From NCBI RefSeq assembly GCF_001949145.1, contig NW_019091355.1, positions 3,578,646-3,642,645 on the forward strand: a stretch of 64,000 bases of DNA, in the 5' to 3' direction. The position numbers and the translations under genes were made by a program. The notes under the pieces are model-generated. The model had not been told where the DNA came from and ran no database searches. It saw nothing but the letters and a program-made list of their open reading frames with translations. Shown here one piece after another: positions 12,601 through 27,600 of the stretch. The first letter of the stretch is position 1; each line of letters begins with the position of its first letter. This stretch comes from Acanthaster planci. Taxonomy: Eukaryota.

Positions 12601-15600
12601 GAGAGGACGCGATGCGACGAGCGGGCCGCCCTGCAGCTGGCCTCCCTGGCGCTGCAGGCCGAGATGGGCGATTACCAGCCAGAGACCATGGGCCGGAACT
12701 ACTTTCTGCCGGAGCACTACGTCCCCTCGGGGATCATCGATACGTTGGGTGTGCCGCGGATCAGGCAGAACCTGCCGCCGATGCACGGCGCTCACTCCAG
12801 CATGGGGGAGCTACAAGCCGAGATGGAGTTTTTGATGGTACGTCATTTTGAGGCACAATTGAAAGTAGTTTCTCGGCTGTGAAGCTTTTTTTCTAGGATG
12901 AGTTGAACTTCTCCTTTTTGAATTCTTATTTTGGCCATTACTTATTGAAAAGCACTGCAAAGTCTTGTGCAACTGACAGGTTGGTGATGTTGTATTCAAG
13001 TCCATCATAAGTCCCTTCACCAGTCCAGCCACAAGTCCCTTCACAAGGCCAGTCATAATTAACAGGGTGAACTATGACAGTGCTTTTGTCACAGTTCATT
13101 TGAATAACTTGTGAAGTGGCTTAAGACAGAATGACTTGTGATGGGCATACAGGGACTTGTGATGGACTCGGACATAACACTGCAGGTAACTTGGTACGCT
13201 CAATTGCAAATCTTGGCAAGGCGGTTATGCTTTTGTCGACCATAAATTTGAAAAAAAATTCTCTCTTGGTGGCGCACTTTACATTGTGAATCACCCCATT
13301 GTTTTTTTTGTTTTTTTTCTCCCTACCAAAGGAAGCGAGGAAACTTCAGGAGTATGGCATCCACTTCCACAGGGCCTCCCGCAGCAAGAAGGACCCGAGC
13401 GCCTCCATCTGGCTGGGCATCTGCACCCGGGGCGTCATTGTGTACGAGAAGCGGGGCAGCGTGCGCCAGCAGATCCACGCCCACCCATGGCACCTGACCA
13501 AGAAGATTGCGTTCAATGTGAGACACCCATTTAGAAAAACCAGACGCCAACTTTATAGCCCTCGAAAGCCCTTTCACTTCCCATCGTATTCTAACTATAA
13601 ATTGGAAATTACAGGAACTTTGTTTTTTTCCCCTTCCAGTCCGGAATATTTGCCCAAACCGTGTAGTACTTCTTTGTCAAAACTGCCTCAAAAATGTCAC
13701 TAATTTTTGCATTTTCCACACCTCTGAATGATACATTTTTCCTACTTTTTCTAAACTGCATCATACACTTTGCTTATTGTAGCGTCAAAACCTCGTAGCA
13801 TCATGTCTGAAAATGGGATTTTTTTTTCCGGATTAGAGAAAGAAGTTCACCGTTGAGGCAAATGATGGGACCAGCAGTAAATATATTCATTACACAGAGA
13901 ACTACAAGAAGTAAGTGGCTCTAAATTGTTTGTTCTTTCCGCTAAGACTGTATGTCCACTCCCGGACCGTGATATCTTGCCATCACAATTCTGAACAAAT
14001 CATGCATGAGATTCTTCAAGCTCAGATCACAATATGAGCTATGTTCTTTCCCAATTTGTCTGGATGAGCTTAAGATATAAAGTTAACCACTTCTGCAGCC
14101 TCAAACAAAGAAAGAGGGCCTGATCGAGGGGGCTTTGGTAAGCCCATCCTGGCCAGCTTTGTTCTTGGACTTCAAGAAGCTTCAGTATATATCACCCTTA
14201 CATTGCAAAGTAACATAAATTTTAATAAGTCTACCTAGGACAGGTATGGGCCTCCGAAAATAATGGAAAAATTAACTGTAAAGGCAACTGGATTGGTAAT
14301 TTCTGTGTTCTTGTTTGTGTCAACAGAGGGCGCTACATGCTTCAGCTGTGTCAGTCCCAGCACAAATTTCAGATGGCGATGCGTCTCAAGGCGAACACTT
14401 CACGCAAGTTTGGACAAGGTGAGGTTCCTCCCTTTGGCAAAAAGAAATTGTTAAGCACCCAGCCTGATGGACATTCAGACTTGGATCATTGATCTTGTGG
14501 ATTGACCATTGGCTGTCAACAGTGAAGTCCTGTCATCCATATTACCAGTTTGTGAATAAAGAACTATGGGAAAGATTTAGACTGGTTTCCTCTGCATATT
14601 CCAATAGAGCAATTGGGAACCAGCATGTAGATTCACTTGTTTATTTTAATGGGACCTTTCAGATTTTCCTGTGGAGGCAGAATCTTTCACCGACTCACTC
14701 CGATTCTCGGCTTACAATGACTACCAAGAAGGGCTGGATTTCTCAGATGATGATGAAAATGGCAGTATCCAAAACTCCATCCCAGAAAGTCTCTTCCTTC
14801 AAGGGCAAGAGGATGTCAGTGGCCCCTCTACATATCCGGGCAACAGCGGTGGCCAAAACGGCCAACGACATGTGTCGGATTATGAAGAAATTGCGATGGG
14901 CAAACGAAGCCGCTCTTCCCCTTCACCGGACAGGCGTTGGGAACGAGACCCGCCAGTCTATCAGAACTTACCGGCATATCCCAGTCAGTCAAAAGACTGG
15001 GAAGAAGGGCGAGGAGAAGGCAGAGGGCGTGAGGGGTCGCCGAGCCGGGCAGTGCTGCCTGACGGCCGCCGGAACGAGAAGAACCGCAGGCACCGCGCCA
15101 GGGACTACCACAGTAAGGAGACGCTGCCCTACGACGAGCTGAACGTCGAGAGGTCAGCCAGCAAGGCATCCCAAGGGAGGCGGAGTAGCCGGCTAGAACG
15201 CCAGAACCAACACCTGAGCTTCCACAGCGGAAGCTCCAATGACACCCAGGGAGAAAACGGCCTGCCATCAAGCCTGCGTTCACCAAATGGGGCTCAAATG
15301 GCTCACCGAGCCCGGGCTCGTACACCGGACCCCAAAGCATTGACGCCCGAGTCCGACCGCCCATCCTATGAAGATGAGCATCCTTATGCTACCGTGGCAG
15401 ATATGAAGATCCAAGGAGAGCACCATTCTCTAGATGATGAGGATGGACGTGAGATTCTTGGCTTGGATGAAGTGGACGTGCCCCATGTCATTGGTAAGTG
15501 CAGTTTTAATACTTTCCTCTCCTGCCTTTCTGTCGCAGTGTCATAGTCGAGTCCATCACAAGTCGTCCAGACTTAAGCCAAGTCCCAAGCCATTCAAATG

Positions 15601-18600
15601 AACTGTCTCGTAAGCATTCCTTTGTCATCGTTGACCCTGCTTCTCATGCTTGGTCTTGAGAAAGAACTTGTGACTGAACTTGTGAAGGAACCTTTGATGG
15701 GCTCGACTGCAGGTATAACTCTGGTTTGTCATCAGTGAGGGGTTCATCTGCATGGTGCAGATCGGCAATGTTAGCTTTGCTCTACCCATTGAGTATCATG
15801 CATTCCTCCGCAGATGCCAGCATACGGACCCACGAGCGCACTCGTCCTGACACCCTGGACAACCACACGGAAGTGATCAGCGAGACGTTGCAGGAACGGC
15901 TCAATGACCTGTCACCCCCAGAGCAGCCCGAGAGAGATATCACCATCATCACTCTTAAGAAGGACCCCAAGCAGGGCCTGGGTGAGTTACTCGTAGGAAC
16001 CAATCCTAGCCCTCCCACATCCTACAAAATCCATTAGGAACTTGGGCAGGATTCTGTAGGATTGAGGAACGTGGGACCCATCCACTTTTGAGGCTCTAAA
16101 GACAATTTAAAGTAAAATTACAATGGTAAATTTCTGGAGCATTAAGGAAGGTTCCAGATAACCAACTTTTCCTCAGATCAGGTGATTTCTTTGTATTATC
16201 TACGGAACCCATGTATTCCATTATAGTTTGAAAAACACTGCACTGTCCAGCGCATTTTTAATTTCCTAATTTTTTCCGAGTTCAGTTGCATTTCTGAAGT
16301 TTTTTGCAAAAATGTTTCAGTTTGGGTTAATGCGAAACTACAAGTACACAACAGATAGAAACTAAGATGCTTTCACATCTCTAGAAAGTCTGGTTTTTTT
16401 AGGTCAAATTGTAAAAAAAAAAGAGAAAGGAAAAATATTACTGTGTCATGTTTTTACTGTGCCACTTTCCCAGGTGTGACCATTGTCGGGGGTGAGAATT
16501 CCCGCAGCCTCGACCTGGGGGTCTTCATCCAGTCGGTCATTCCCGGTGGACCAGCAGACCGGGACGGCCGGCTTCATCCTGGGGACCGCATTATCTCCAT
16601 CAATGGCCAGAGCCTGGAGGGGATCGGTCACCGTGTGGCAGTGGACATCCTGACCAATGCACCGGCCACGGTGCAGCTGATCGTGTCACAGCCAAGATCT
16701 TCAAGTCCCGGTATGAGCAAGAGGAGAAAAGTTTGAAGCCACTGAATGACCCTTGACCCTTGCAGAAAATCTCACACTTTGTTCATTACTTTGGAAGGGC
16801 CTGTTCCCATTAGTAATTAGCCAAATTTCTTAAGGGAGCTTGAATTATTTCCAACCAGAGCATTCCGATTTTAATAGGAACTTTCCAATTTGCTAGTAAG
16901 ATTTCCGAGTTTCTCTCAAATTGAATGCGCAGTGGAAGGGCTTTTATTTGGTGGTCCTTGAACAATCAAGGCGGTCAGTCCCAGTTTGAAGTAATAGTTG
17001 CCAATCTGCATAGTCCCAAATCTATCAAAACCCTGCAAGTTCATTGTTGTGGTTGGTTGAGTTTAGGCATGTACTGCTCACTAAGAAATATATTTGTATT
17101 GGTAAAAAAATTCTTAAAACTTAAAAAATTGCCTTAAACTGGTACATAGCAGATGTAGAAAGGCTCTCTCTTAAATTTGCCTCCTTGAAAAAATCTTTAT
17201 TCTTAACCACTTCCTGCCAGGGCAGTTATCACTGTTGATGATGCTGGGGCGGGATATTTATCATTTTTTTCTGTTTTCAAAATTCTTTAAAAATTCCTAT
17301 CTTCATTTACTGGACACTTACAAACACATGGAGCTGTCTGGCGCCCACTCTAGCCTGATAGACAAAATCTATTGACACCTGAGTATTTCAGCCAGGCCTG
17401 CAGTCTTGTAAAAAGAGCCGAGATTGTGCGGTGTTATATAACTTTCTTTTGTTCACGAACCTGGCTCAGTGTGCTGCTGACTTCTTTTCAATAGGGGCCA
17501 GATTAGCATGCAGCGTGTGCTGTGTGGCTCATCGCTGCGGTGGTAGAGCACTTTTGTCCCCGGTGGTGATCCGCTCGCTCTAAGTGTCCCAAACCGTGGT
17601 ATACTGTTTCAAAACAAGGCTGGATTATATCCACTTTTGAGAGTGAAAAAATGTTGCAAATTCCCAGCAGCCTGGTCTGTTGTTCCGAGTACGGTCTTTT
17701 GTTACAAGGCCCAGCTCCTTTGTCCGATTTCGGACAGCCTGGCTATGCGTACAAACCCAAGGAGTCCAGTACCAGAAACCCTGGGACCGAGTGGTTAACA
17801 TACAGACATATCTCAAAGATCACCTCGTGTAAAAATCAACAGCTTTTTGTTTCATGTTTCATCATGTTTGTAAAGATTTTGCTTTGCTGTGGTTGTCATT
17901 TGACACAGTATGACCGAAATCAACAAGCAAAGTTACAGTATTTATGAGTCTTCAGTTTTTATTTCCAAGGATTCCATACCAGAAATTTGTTTGCTGTATT
18001 TCTGTCTGATTGGTTGTTTAAAGGTTTATGATTAAACTATATCTGTGTTTTTTGTCTAAAATTTTATAGATTCGAAACATCGACTTCAAGTGCCTATGGA
18101 TGTTGATGAGGTCGTCATGCCAACACAGACTGCCCAATCACAGGCCCAGCTGCAGCTTCCGCCCAGTAGCAATGGCCAGCCTGACACCCCACGTACCCAG
18201 AAACGGAAGCACACTCCCCCGCAGAAGCCTCAGCGCCGGCCTCAGAGCTTTGGCTCCAACTACAGCCTGGCACTCTCAGATGCCAGCCATGCCAGCGAAG
18301 GCAGTGTTTCATCAAAGACCACGCCCAAGGCTGGCCGCGCCAACATGGTGATGATGGCCGAAAGTGCTCGACCACCCGTGCCGCCAGCGGCAGAGCAGAA
18401 CACCCACAGTGGTCAAATGAAACCAGTTGCTATAGAAGGTCAGAGATCACCAGACAAAGGTCAGAGGTTGCCAAGTCAGGGAAAGGGGTCACCAGCGGAC
18501 CAAAGCGATATCCACTTCAGCTCGGATGACGAGGACGTCCCAACGCCCAGAGATTCCGACCTGGATGACCTGTTCCCAGACGATCACAAGACCTTAGCAA

Positions 18601-21600
18601 AGCCCAGTCTGCTCGGCCATGGCTCACTGTCTGCCTCAGCCAACTCTCCGCTGAGCGACTTCTTCACCTCCCCTGCCGAGGCGCTGGACTCGGCCGTGGA
18701 CAACACCGATGCCACGACCAAGACGGAGGCCGAGGAGGACCACGAGGAAGGGGTTCTGGACGGTCGGGAGGAGCTGAAGCCAGGCGACGTCTACAGGGTG
18801 CAGCTGAAGAAAGCCAACAGTAGCTTGGGAATCAGTGTCACAGTAAGTTCCAAATGCTAAGGTGGACATAGCTCGGCTTCATCTCCAGGTTTATGCATAT
18901 ATTGGCCCAAGGAGACAATCAGAAAGCTCAAGAGAAGTTCACTTTGTGCTGGAGATGCATTTGACTGTCGGGGTGACATTTGAGCATGATTCCTTCACTC
19001 GAGAAGATAACAGAGCTGGAGCTTTGGAGAAAGGTCCATACAAACACCAGATTGCTGTCTGAAACATTGAAACTTGCAGCATTTTGTAATCTTTGCATAT
19101 GTAATAGACATTTAAGTCTTACAGTTACTTTCTATATTGAGGCAAAGAAGCTGGAGGCAAAGAAGCTGGTCATTATCTCTCAGGAAAAGCCAGAGCAGTT
19201 TTTAAGTGTCCAAACGATAATGAGAGTGTATCTCTTTTTTGTCTCACAGGGAGGCATTAACACCAGTGTCAAGCACGGTGGTATTTACATCAAGTCCATG
19301 GTGCCTGGTGGTGCGGCCGACTCAAACCGGAAAATTCAAGTTGGTTAGTGAAACAGCGAGCAAAATTTCTGGATCTTTCAGTATCCATTTTGTGTGATTT
19401 GCTTGTGCGTTGTGTACACGCACCGTCTACTTAGCGCAGATTTTCAAATGTCACAGAGCAGCGTGACAGAATTGGTCAAAGTTTGGAAGACCTGTGAGTT
19501 GGGATGATATTTTTTACAGTGTTACCTCCAACCATCAACATCCATGGGAAACGTGACTTCTAACTTTTGCTTTGTTTGGTTCTATTCGCAAAACAAGTTT
19601 TACCACTTTGATTCGGATTTTGATGGGCTGGATTAGATTTTATATTTTGGCCATGGAAAAGTTGGCACAGAATTTTCCTTTCCTCATGGTGGAAGAAAGG
19701 GCAATGACAAGATAATGTCAAGCGAATTATTTTCAATTCTTGTCCAAACATTTCCCAGGTGACCGCGTCCTCGGGGTCAACTCTGAGTCCCTGGAGGGCG
19801 TGACCCACCGGCAAGCTGTGGAGGCCCTGCGCCGGGCCCCCGAGGTCAGCACCCTGGTCATCGAACGGGGCATCCCCCCTGCGAAGGCCAGCAACCTGCC
19901 CCCCACACCCACCCCCTCCCCTCTGGTGGCAATTGGGGACGACGGGGAGGCTCTGATCATGTCCGGCACGGCCAGGGAACAGGTGCAGTCTGAGCCGCCC
20001 TCTAGTGGCAATGCAGAGCCAGGTACTTAGAGGAGTTTTTACTTGGTTTTTTTCCCATAAATAAGCATTTTACTTTGTCCCGTGTGGGACATTGTAGTAT
20101 TGGTCATGGCCTACTGACAGCTATTTTCCAGGTTGCTGCTGCATTATTACACTGTTTTAGTGATGCTGAATTCTTCCATGACAGTCTTCCTGTCTTATAT
20201 GACTGAACTCAGTAGCTGTTTGAGTCGAACAATATTAAAAAATACCCAAATTAATGCTATGTGTGAAACATTGCTTCACAGATCGACCTACTAGCGTTAC
20301 ATCCTTTACTGATGTTGAGCGGCAAACCCCACTGAGCAGAACCCTGGACACACACAGTGATGCACCCCAAGCTTCACCAGCCTTCAGCCGAGGCGAGAGT
20401 GACACCACCCCTGTCCTGTCGTCAGCTATTGCATCCCCAGTGGATGAGGTGGTGAAGCAGAGTGTGTTACAGGCTCCCCCACCCCTAATGTCGCAGGCTC
20501 CCCCACCCCTGATGTCTCAGGCTCCCCCACCCTCTGCATCAGACGATGAGGGGTGGGTGCACAGCACTTCCTCCAGGGGTTCCACAGTGAGGAGGGCCTA
20601 TGTTAACCCCCCGGAACACGAAGAGCCTAAGGATGATGTGGACAGCATTGACGATGGGCAGCTACCATTACCATCAGATGGCCTTGTAGAATCCCGGGGG
20701 GATACACCCACAATCCAGGCTTTTAAGGTCAGTGTTGTAGTCGAGACCTTGAGATCCGAGACCGAGACCTGACGGTCCGAGACCTAGACCTGATAGGCCG
20801 AGACCTCAAGACCTTTTATGTAAAGTATGCCATAAAACAATTAGAAAAGAATTACAAAGACATGTTATGTATCATTTGCAACAAAGGGAAATACAACTTT
20901 TTATTGACATCAAGACAGCTTCCTTGTAGACCTAAAACATTACTATAGTTAATATGATGACAGCAATACTGCTCTACAGTGTACACATGATCGCGAATCG
21001 AATTAAATCAATTCTGCACAGTGAGTGCAAGTTCGTGTTTGTATGCAATATTGGTGGTCTCGATACCGAGACCGGCAAACTACCGCGACCACTGGGGAAT
21101 GAGACCGAGACCACAGGGTACCAAGACTGAGACCAGGAAAAACTGGTCTCGAGACCGGTCTCGAGACCTACAACACTGTTTAAGGTACACCCAACCACCC
21201 TTTTTAGTGAGAATGTTGTGAAGAGATTGGACAATCACTTTCAGACTTTATCACTAACAGACCAATACGAGGCTGGGTTGGTCGGTTCAAAAGGCTTATA
21301 AGTTATAAGTTATCCTTGGTGAAATTGTAGAGCACGGCAGTGCAAACTGTAAAACTCTGTTTTTGATTGCTTAAACATTCTGTACAACTCACAAGTTGGC
21401 AGACTCTTTTTTTGTGTTAATTGCTTTTATTAAAAAGAAATGCACCATATAAATAGATAGCAAGTCTGAACTTTTTGGCTCATACAATGTCCCTTTTCTT
21501 CAGGATGCCAGACTGAATAATACATCAAAACAAAAAGCTCAGTTCTTTCCAAATCAGACTAAACCATAGTATTGAAAAAAAATTCTGTAAGACTCCTCTT

Positions 21601-24600
21601 TGGTAGATTCAGTCAGAACTCAGAAGTTGTTCTTGATCAGTTTGTAGCTTAGAGTGGCCCGACATTTCCTTCTGTTGGATGCTTTCAAAGACATTTTTTG
21701 ATATATTCCAATTAAACCTTATTGCCATCTGACAGGACTATGAGCTACCAGACTCGACCCCGATGACAGATGGCGAAGATGATGATCAGTCTCACAGCGA
21801 TGAATCTGAATCCCCGATCCCCATTGAGCACTCGGTCATGGGGGTGGGCTTCGACCCCGAAATCGCCTCCCCAGTGCTCAGCACCCGTGAGGCCGACACG
21901 CTGACCCCGACTGCACACCTGGACTGGCGCAGTACCCCAACAGGGGCGCTGGAGAAGGGCATGTGGGGGCCCAAGTCGGCATCCTACCGGCACGGGGCTA
22001 CGCCTGTCATACATGAGCAGAGTACCGACGACCAGCACTCTGATCAGTGGACTGACTATGACAATGACGAGCGGTCGCCGACTCCCACGACGGAGGGTCG
22101 GTCGGGATCACCATCCCTCGACGGCCGCTCGCTGCGCGATGATGAATTCATCAGCGAGGAGGAAGACGAGGAGATGATGCCATCTCCAATCATGCACGAC
22201 TCCCGTGCGGCCAATGACACCGTCATCAGCGTCAGATCCCCGGGGCTTCCAGACATCAAGACTGCCACCATAATGACATCCCCCTCGGCCACCACGCCTG
22301 GCCCGTATCAGTCTCAGAGCCGTGGCAGTGACACCCTCAACTCCCAGTCGCCCTTCCCGTCCCTGGACGGCACCCTCCCGCTCCCCAGTGATGCCTCAGG
22401 GACCAGCCGGAGCCCCACCCCGGACCTGCCTCCCCTGGTGCTGCCCGACGATTCTCTGCTCAGGCCACACGACAAGTCACCGTCACCGACATCTTCGATA
22501 ACCAGCGTCGGCGCACTCACCCTGACTCAGACCATGATGTCCACCATGGGTTTGGAGGGTAACATTGAGCTTCCTGATCTTCCCTACGTAACCCCAGGTT
22601 TGTCAAGCCATTTCTAAATTGTCAGAAAAAAATATAGCTCTGATTATTCAAAGGCCACTTTCAGAGTTCGCTGTTCCTGGAAAAATAATCACCCTGGGAA
22701 GTCACAGAAATTTGAAAAAAAACAAAACAAGAACAGGGCATCATAGAATCCTGTTGTCGAATAAATAGGCATGCAACTTTCCTCAGCTCAGCTGATCTGC
22801 TCGATTTTCACTTTACACCCATGTCATTGAAAATTGAAAAACACTGTACAAAGTCTTGTAAAGATTGGAATTTCCTTGTTTTGATGAGCCACACAGTACT
22901 GCTGCATGCTAATCTGGCCCCATTGAAAAGAAGTTAGCAGCGCATTGTGCCAGTTTCGTGAACAAAAGAAAATTACATAACACTGCACAATCTGGGCTCT
23001 TTTTACAAGGCGGCAGATCTTGCTGAAGTACTCCAGCGTCAATAGATGTTGTCTGTCGGATTAGAGTAGAAACCAGACAATCTTTTGTGTGGGCGTAAGT
23101 TTCCAGTAAATGAAGATATGAATTTTTAAAGAATTTTGCAAACAGAAAAAAATGAAAATTATCCTGTCCCAGCATCATCAACATTCGCAAATGCCCCTGG
23201 CGCGATGTGGTTAACTATCATGTTGTCGTACTGATCTATTATAAAAACCACTCATGTTGTTGTACTGGCCTGTTTTATTTACAGAATAACTGTGTATTCC
23301 AGTTTTCTTGAACAGAAAAGCGTATGAGCAGAATAAGGCTCTCATCTGTTACAAATTTTTGCTTGCAACTTTCAGATGGAGGCACTTTTACCAGCAGCAT
23401 GATGTTGGAAAACAAAGTTTCGTTCAGTGTTTATCTTTTTGAAAGCCAGTGTCGGTTTCCATATGGATTTGCAGATATAGTTCATGTTTGACTGTCACTA
23501 ATTAGGATTGCCTGTTACTGAATCCTCAACTTGCAGGATCTGTTCATTTGTCCCTTGTTCCATCCCTACAGAGAACTGCTTTGAAGTGCAGCTAACCAAG
23601 GGCAGCCAGGGGCTGGGCTTCAGCATCCAGGGGGGAAAGGGAAGCCACCAGGATCCCAAGCTGTGCCTGGTGCGGATCAAGAAGGTGTTTGCCGGCCAGA
23701 AGGCGGCGGCCAGCGGCCTGGTGGAGGAAGGTGACGTCATCCTGACAGTCAACGAGCAGCCCGTCTACGACAAGACTCACAATGTGAGGCTGCCTCCGAG
23801 TCTGCTGGCTAGGGCTAGGTTTAAGTCTTGACCCCATTGGCAATATGCAGGGACGTGTTGACGGTTGACACAGCCGCAGCTGTAGCCCTAGCCTCTGGAA
23901 GCCTGTTTCGGACAGGGCCAAGTTCAAGTGCAAACTACAGACCGGACAGCTGGTCATCCCCTCCTTACCAAACTCTAAGGGCTGTGCAGACCAACTCGGT
24001 CAACCCATGTCAAATCATTTTGTAGAAATCCCATCATTAGTTTCACTGTCTCTCACTGCGTTTATGGTCTGTGTCGCTGACCAAACATCAAGATTTTCTG
24101 GATCCATGAAATTGCAGCATCAGAGCATGGTAACACGTACCAAGTCCATTGGCTTTTCCTCTGTGGAGCAAGACTTTGATCTGTTCATTTCTCTTGACGG
24201 TTCACAGGAGACAGTAGCCGTATTACGAGGAGCACCTCAAGACGTTCGTCTTCTCCTCTGCCGACCCAGCGACGAGGAGCTTGACCTTCTTGTCCTTCAG
24301 GTAAAAGTGTCATCCTAACTGCTGAGTTAATTTCAAGCATTGAATATCGAAATATTTGCCCTTTCTGTTCGATATCGCTGCAGTGCAGTATATGGTTTAC
24401 CAAATTCTCACAAAAGCAGAAACAAAATATGCATGGTTGTGTGGCGGTCTGCCATGTTGAGTTTTACCACGGGGGTCTTTTCCTAATTACAGGGCACTCA
24501 TTCTGCATTGGCACATTTTTGGTACCACAGCTCTTTAGAAGATTTTCCTATTTTTATTCATATTTGTGAATGATATTGTTATTTGTGAATCAGGAGGATG

Positions 24601-27600
24601 AGAAGGCATTTGAGCGGAAGTTGAGTTCACCGTCCGCTCCCTCCAGTCCCAGGATCACCAAGGAATCGCAGACCCAGGACGAGGCGACCACGCCTCCCTT
24701 CACCCCGGCCCCGCCGAATGCCACAGACCACCAGTTCTCACCCCCGGAGTCCCCCTCTATCTCGTTGGCTCCCTCCGAGGCCAATTCGCTCCGGCTTACC
24801 CCAGTGACACTTGCGAGGGAACCAGAGCTTGTGACAAAGTTGCCTCTGACCTCGCCTACGAGTAGTCTGAGCTCGCCTGTCAAGTCGGTTTCTGAGCCAT
24901 TGGGTGGGGTAGGTTTCTCTGTCGTGATGCTTGCGCGAATAGAGAAGTTGTTCTGATATTTTGTGGCTCGGTTGTTTTGCTATTGAATAAAGTATCTTGT
25001 AGGTGAGTCAAATTTGGTGTTTAGTGGTAACATACAGTCACATTTCATGTCATATGGGCTCCAGTGGAAAATACATGTTATAGAATGGTGTCCTTTTTGA
25101 AAACTCTGAACCCGAACGGGGTTGAACTTAAAAGATTTTCACCTGTTTTGGTGTAATTTTGAAACATGATCAAAATGGCAGGTGCCTACAGCAATCAATA
25201 ACGTTTTTAGGCAACGTACTTACGATGCGCAACAAACTCTAAAGGATGAAATATGTGAAGGTATTGCTCAAGTTGTAAAAATGCAAAGTGGGCAAAGCAT
25301 TTCTTAGGGAGAGACAAAAAGGACTTACTAGCACAGATTGTCTCTCCCAACTCCAGGAGTACGTGGAGGTGACCCTGATCAAGCCCGCCAAGGGTGGGCT
25401 GGGCTTCACTGTGGCCGGGGGAGCTAACTCTGGCGGCTGCTACATCAAGGATGTCATCCAGGATCCGGCCAAGTCGGACGGCCGGCTCAAGAAGGGAGAT
25501 AAACTCATCAAGGTAGGCGATCACAAGGTGTGGGGCTGGTGTTGGCTTCCAAGCACCCAAATCGGGGCTTAGTTGTAAGAGCTTAATGACAAAAAGATGG
25601 GCAGTGTGGGTTCTCAGCTAATTTTGAGTAGGGAAAGAAATTTACTTGGCGGTATATCTTTCTCGAGATCTGTAAATTTTGACCTAGTCATAGATCTACA
25701 GTGTTTAGAAATGGTCGAGTTGGGGAGTCCATTTTTTGTGGCTGGCAGTTCAAGTTGGTCAAGCGATATCTGTGTTTTTGTTAACTGTCTGTGAAATCCA
25801 AGTTTGAAGAACATTTGATAGAGTTTTGTTTCACAGAATGAATGCCAGAATCCAATATGTGAAAGTTGGTGTACCGCTGTCATATTAGCATTAATTCTTC
25901 ATTTATCTTTGTCATTGTGAAGGTCAACAACCAGGATATGCTGTCCATGAGCCACTTTGACGCTGTGTCCTTCCTGCGTATGACCCCGCAGGAAGTCACC
26001 ATCAAGGTCCTACGCCTCCGGGAGCGGACCCAGGAAGCCCCGACTCCTATTCCCCCTCCAGTTCCCTCCTCTCCACCCCCCGCCTCCCCCACCCTGTACT
26101 CGGACAGACCCGTCTTCCCCACTTCCGAGATGACCCAGAGCCCTTCCAACTCCTCACGCTCCGACCCGGCGACCGCGGTCAACCTGGACCGACTGCCAGT
26201 GGTCAGGGTCCAGCGCAACCCAGCGGGTCAGCTGGGGTTGTCCCTGACCCTGGACCTCAGGGGGGCTGGCCGGTCGGGGATTGTCGTGAGCGACGTCATC
26301 CCTGGACTCCCGGCAGCCAGCGAGGGCAGTATTCAGACCGGGGATCTTATCCATGCCATCAACGGAAAGAACTTGTCTGGAATGAGTTTAATGTCAGCCA
26401 GACGTCTTTTAGAGACTGCTCCCAGCACAGTGGAGCTGAAATTAACTAGGTAAGTTCACAGGTACCACGCTAATTTTAAAAAATATTTGAATTTAAAAGA
26501 ATAACTTTCTTTCTATTCTTTAAAATCTTTCTTAGTTTCAGCATTATTGTCAAATTTATAATTTAACAAACTAGAGGAATTTCTACTACATGAACAAATG
26601 GCTCTCCATACCACGTATTTCAAATACTGACATTTTGATGCTAAAGGAACAGTAAATGGATGTCAGTCAAAGATATCTCAACAACAGATTCATCTGATTT
26701 GTGATAACAGAAACGGCCAGCCCGTCGCCCCCCGCAGGAGGCTCCCGACGCCCCGCAGCCCTGCCGATTCCTCCCAGGAGGTGCCCAGGATCGTCCTGCC
26801 CACCAGCCCGAGGTCCGAGAGGCCCCTGCTGCCCCCAGGAGATGGCCCAGGGGAGCTGTCGGTGGAAGAGGAGATGAAGGGAGTGATGGAGTCGTTGGAC
26901 TTGGACCTGGGCGACCTGTCCTCCGAGAAGATGGAGGAGACTGACTGGGAGGTGGGGTGCCAGACTTTGAAATGATTTCTTTTTTAATATGTTGTTCATG
27001 CTAATGTGTTGATGTGACCAAACAGCTTAAAATCACTCACTCCTCCCCCATTTTTGAAACTTGTTTATGCTGTCGTTTGTCTGTAGAATTGGTATTTGTG
27101 AAATTCCTAATTCTTGCTGACGATAATACAGCACGGTGACACAACCCTTATCTCTTGACAAGAACACTTTAAAAGTGGAATAAATTCACCAGGTGTTGAT
27201 CACTACACCTTTTGGGATGTATTTCAGGATGTGTCTGAAAGTGACAAAGATCATCTGGACGATGTGGACGCCATCTTGGCTTCGCTGGAGGCAGAGCACA
27301 ACATTACTCTTCCGGACGAGATCAAGGAGAAACGGACCCTGCCCATGGACATGCCCGGCATCGCAGTCACGGAGGTGCCACCCGCTCGGTCTTCCAGGCA
27401 GGGCTCCTTGGAGGTGAGGCCAGAGGAAACAGGTCCTGAAGGCCGAGTAAGGGAGCTAAGTTTGTGGCCACGCTTTCGACTTGCAATGCAAAATGAAAGA
27501 ATTTTCATGCCATTTTTTTCCCCATGAACAGTCACACTGCTATACGCTTTTCCAAGTTTGCTTTTTGAATATTTCAAATATTGTTCTGAGAACAGCCCAA

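Noticed and set aside
17625..17947. Similar ORFs recurring at 17651, 28901 and 46400
   Set aside because: Translations of MITE family A copies; frames and stops are inconsistent between copies and there are no transposase motifs.
18843..19249. Micro-exon equivalent to the vertebrate PDZ2 5-aa insertion after GISVT
   Set aside because: The intron position matches, but I see no convincing 15-nt exon or in-frame extension.
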